In this document: one piece after another, positions 61,106 through 64,000 of the stretch
How the letters are laid out: the number at the start of each line of letters is the position of its first letter
How positions within the stretch are numbered: position 1 is the first letter of the stretch
Assembly: GCF_006345805.1 (NCBI RefSeq)
Contig: NC_043010.1
Span: 45,880,001-45,944,000, forward strand
Reading direction: 5' to 3'
DNA length: 64,000 nucleotides
Source of the DNA: Octopus sinensis
Taxonomy: Eukaryota
Made by a program: the position numbers and the translations under genes
The notes under the pieces: generated by a model
Database searches by the model: none
Seen by the model: only the letters and a program-made list of their open reading frames with translations
Told to the model about the DNA's origin: nothing

Positions 61106-63637
61106 TTCACTGACACAGCAATGATCAGCCTGAGATTATTGTAGGGGACACTTGTCCAAGGTGCCATACTAAGGAGTTGAACCTGAAACTACATATTTGT
61201 AAAGCAGACTTCTTTACTCTGTGATTTCTTTGCTCTTCAAAGCAACCCTCCTGATGATATTCTTTAAATGAAGTAATACATAAGAAATGATTGGCTTATC
61301 CACTTTGATTCTATTTCTTTACATGTAGTGTATCTGTTTCTATGTTTGTTTTTTCGTTTTTTTATGACCCCACTACCACCACTACCACTTTTGTTACAAT
61401 CTGCAAGAGAAGCTAAATAGGAAAAAAAATTTCTCAATAGCTTTTCCAGGCAGACACAACTTTTAAATGAATCTTACATGATAGTTGTGAAAGTACATGG
61501 TCTAGTGGCAAGGGTGTTGGGCTCTCAATTTTTGGGCTGTGAGTTTGAATCTCAGATCAAATCTCACACTGTCCTTGAGCAAAGCATTTGTTTTCACATT
61601 ATTCCAATTTACTTAATTGAAAATGAACACCAGTGTCACCATGAGTATTAATCCTGAAACAAATTGGTATCCTATTCAGTGGGGAGTCTTGTACTTACAA
61701 CCCAAATGCCTTGAAGATCCAGTGAAAATATGAACCTCAGAGTAGCCTATAAACCAGTTAATGTAACTTGAGTTCATCCTATTGCCCATAGGCACTCAGC
61801 TCAATTATTAGTTTCAAATTTTTGGTACAAGGGCAGCAGGTTTGGAATGAAGGTAAGTCGATTACATTGACCTGTGTTCAACTGGTACTTCTTTTATTGA
61901 TCCAGAAAGGAAGGAAAGCAAAGTCAACCTCATCAGAATTTGAACTCAGAACATAAAAACAGACAAATTGCTGCTAAGCTGATTACATCAACCTCAGTGC
62001 TCAACTGGTACTTATTTTTATCAACCACAAAAAGATGAAAGACAATTGCAACCTTGGCAGAATTTGAACCAAGAACATAAAAACTGATGAAATGCTGCTA
62101 AGCATTTTTCCCAGCATGCTAATGAATGCCAACTTGCTGTTTTACGTACTTTTGCTATAGGCACAAGGCCTGAAATCTCAAGGAAGGGGTGCTAGTTGCT
62201 TACACCAACCTCAGTGCTTGATTGCTACTTATTTAATCAACCCCAAAAGTCAACCTCATTGGAATTTGAACTCAGAACATGAAGAAATATCATCATCATC
62301 ATCATCGTTTAACATCTGTTTTCCATGATAGCATGGGTTGGACAGTTCAACTGGGGTCTGGGAAACCAGAAGGCTGCGCCAGGCCCAGTCTGATCTGGCA
62401 GTGTTTCTACAGCTGGATGCCCTTCCTAATGCCAACCACTCTGTGAGTGTAGTGGGTGCTTTTTATGTGCCACCTGCACAGGTGCCAGACGAGGCTGGCA
62501 AATGACCACGATCGGATGGTTCTTTTTACGTGCCACCAGCACAGGGGCCGGACGAGACTGGCAAATGACCATGATCGGATGGTGCTTTTTATGTGCCACT
62601 TGGCATGCTAACAATTCTGCCAAATTGCTGTCTTCCCTGCTCTAATTATAATAATGATTTCTTACATTAGGGCACAGTTGGAAATGTTGTTAGGCCTGAT
62701 CAAGTAGAGCTATGAACAAAGGCATTCCAAGTGTGACCATCCATCATATCTTGTTGTATATCTAGGACAACATTGTGCTCTCTCTTCTGTAACCAATACT
62801 CTTTTACTCTTTTATTTATTTCAGTCATTTGACTTTGGCCATGCCGGAGCACCACCTTTAGTTGAACAAATCGACCTCAGGGCTTATTCTTTGTAAACCT
62901 AGTACTTATTCTATCAGTATTTTTTGCCGAACTGCTAAGTTACAGGGATGTAAACACACCAACATCGGTTGTCAAGCAATGGTGGGGAGACAAACACAGA
63001 CATGCAAACACACACACACACACACATATAACAGGCTTCTTTCAGTTTCCATCTACCAAATTCGCTCACAAGGCTTTGGGTGATCCAAGGCTTTAGTAGA
63101 AGATACTTGCCCAAGGTGCCACACAGTGGGATTGAAGCTGGAACCATGTGGTTGGTAAGCAAGCTACTTACCACACAGCCACGCCTGTGCCTTGGGTATG
63201 GTTTAAGAGAATTTGGTCTCTGCTTCTAGTAGGTTAAATAACTGTGAAGAAAGAGGCAAAACCAATTGAATCAGTTCAGGATGTTACATGTATTTTTTGG
63301 GGGGTTGTTTTTAGTGACTTTGGAAGATTGGAAAGTAAAACTTAATTATAGTAGGATTTAGACATAGAATGTTAGGAGAATAAACTAAATACATTTAAGT
63401 CTGATGTGCTGCCATGGTGTAACTCTATTTCCTAAATGAAATACTTTGTAAAAGTATTGCTTTTTTAAAATGTTGCCATTTAGCCTCAAGGCAAAGAAGT
63501 GAGTTGCTGACCACTTGCTTAACTTGCTGGAAATAGCAACCAAATCTTCTTCAAATCACACCCTACTATTTTTTTTAAACATTGCAGAAAATATTATGGC
63601 ACAAGCATGGTTGTTTGTGCTAAGAAGCTTGCCACAC

Positions 63638-63869
63638 AAGGCAATGAGTTGGCAGAAGCATTAGTATGCCGGGTGAAATACTTAGTGGTATTTTGTCTGC
63701 CGTTACATTCTGAGTTCAAATTCTGCCGAGGTCGACTTTACCTTTCGTCCTTTCAGGGTCAATAAATTAAGTACCAGTTAGGCACTGGGGTCGATCTAAT
63801 CGACTTAATCCCTTTGTCTGTCTTGCTTATCCCCTCTATGTTTAGCCCCTTGTAGGTAATAAAGAAATA
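63638..63869 (+). mobile_element. SINE family A inserted into a family B SINE head
   Basis: Family B sequence (..TAAGAAGCTTGC) resumes at 63870 (GCTTGTTTCCCAACCACATGG). Confidence 0.75.
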
Positions 63870-64000
63870 AGCTTGTTTCCCAACCACATGGTTCCAGGTT
63901 CAGTCCCACTGTGTGGCATCTTGGCCAAATGTCTTCTACTATAGCCATGGGCTGACCAAAGCCTTGTGAGTGGTTTTAGTAGACAGAAACTGAAAGAAAA

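Overview
Eukaryotic, AT-rich, repeat-dense animal genomic DNA; the SINE/LINE/MITE repertoire looks like that of Octopus (inference, not checked). Nearly the whole window is one + strand, 13-exon gene (CDS 596..56007, all introns GT-AG, frame continuous, 2412 nt, about 803 aa). It encodes a divergent alpha-catenin/vinculin-family protein with recognisable N and M1-M3 helical bundles but no C-terminal actin-binding domain; instead it has a Ser/Cys/His-rich tail ending in a class I PDZ-binding-type motif (-DTLV). An intronless LicD-family (fukutin/FKRP-like) phosphotransferase ORF (7608..8606, minus strand) is nested antisense in the 17.5 kb first intron. The introns hold fragments of RTE, R4/Dong-like, CR1/L2 and Penelope-like retroelements, mariner and DD37D-like DNA transposons, piggyBac-, hAT- and Helitron-like non-autonomous elements, several SINE families and microsatellites. 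Beyond these I found six minimal type I hammerhead-ribozyme-like motifs in two repeat families (one family with a CUGUNGA core variant), long near-perfect palindromes that share an upstream motif, and a near-identical inverted duplication. All calls come from manual reading and translation; no searches were run, and repeat boundaries are approximate.
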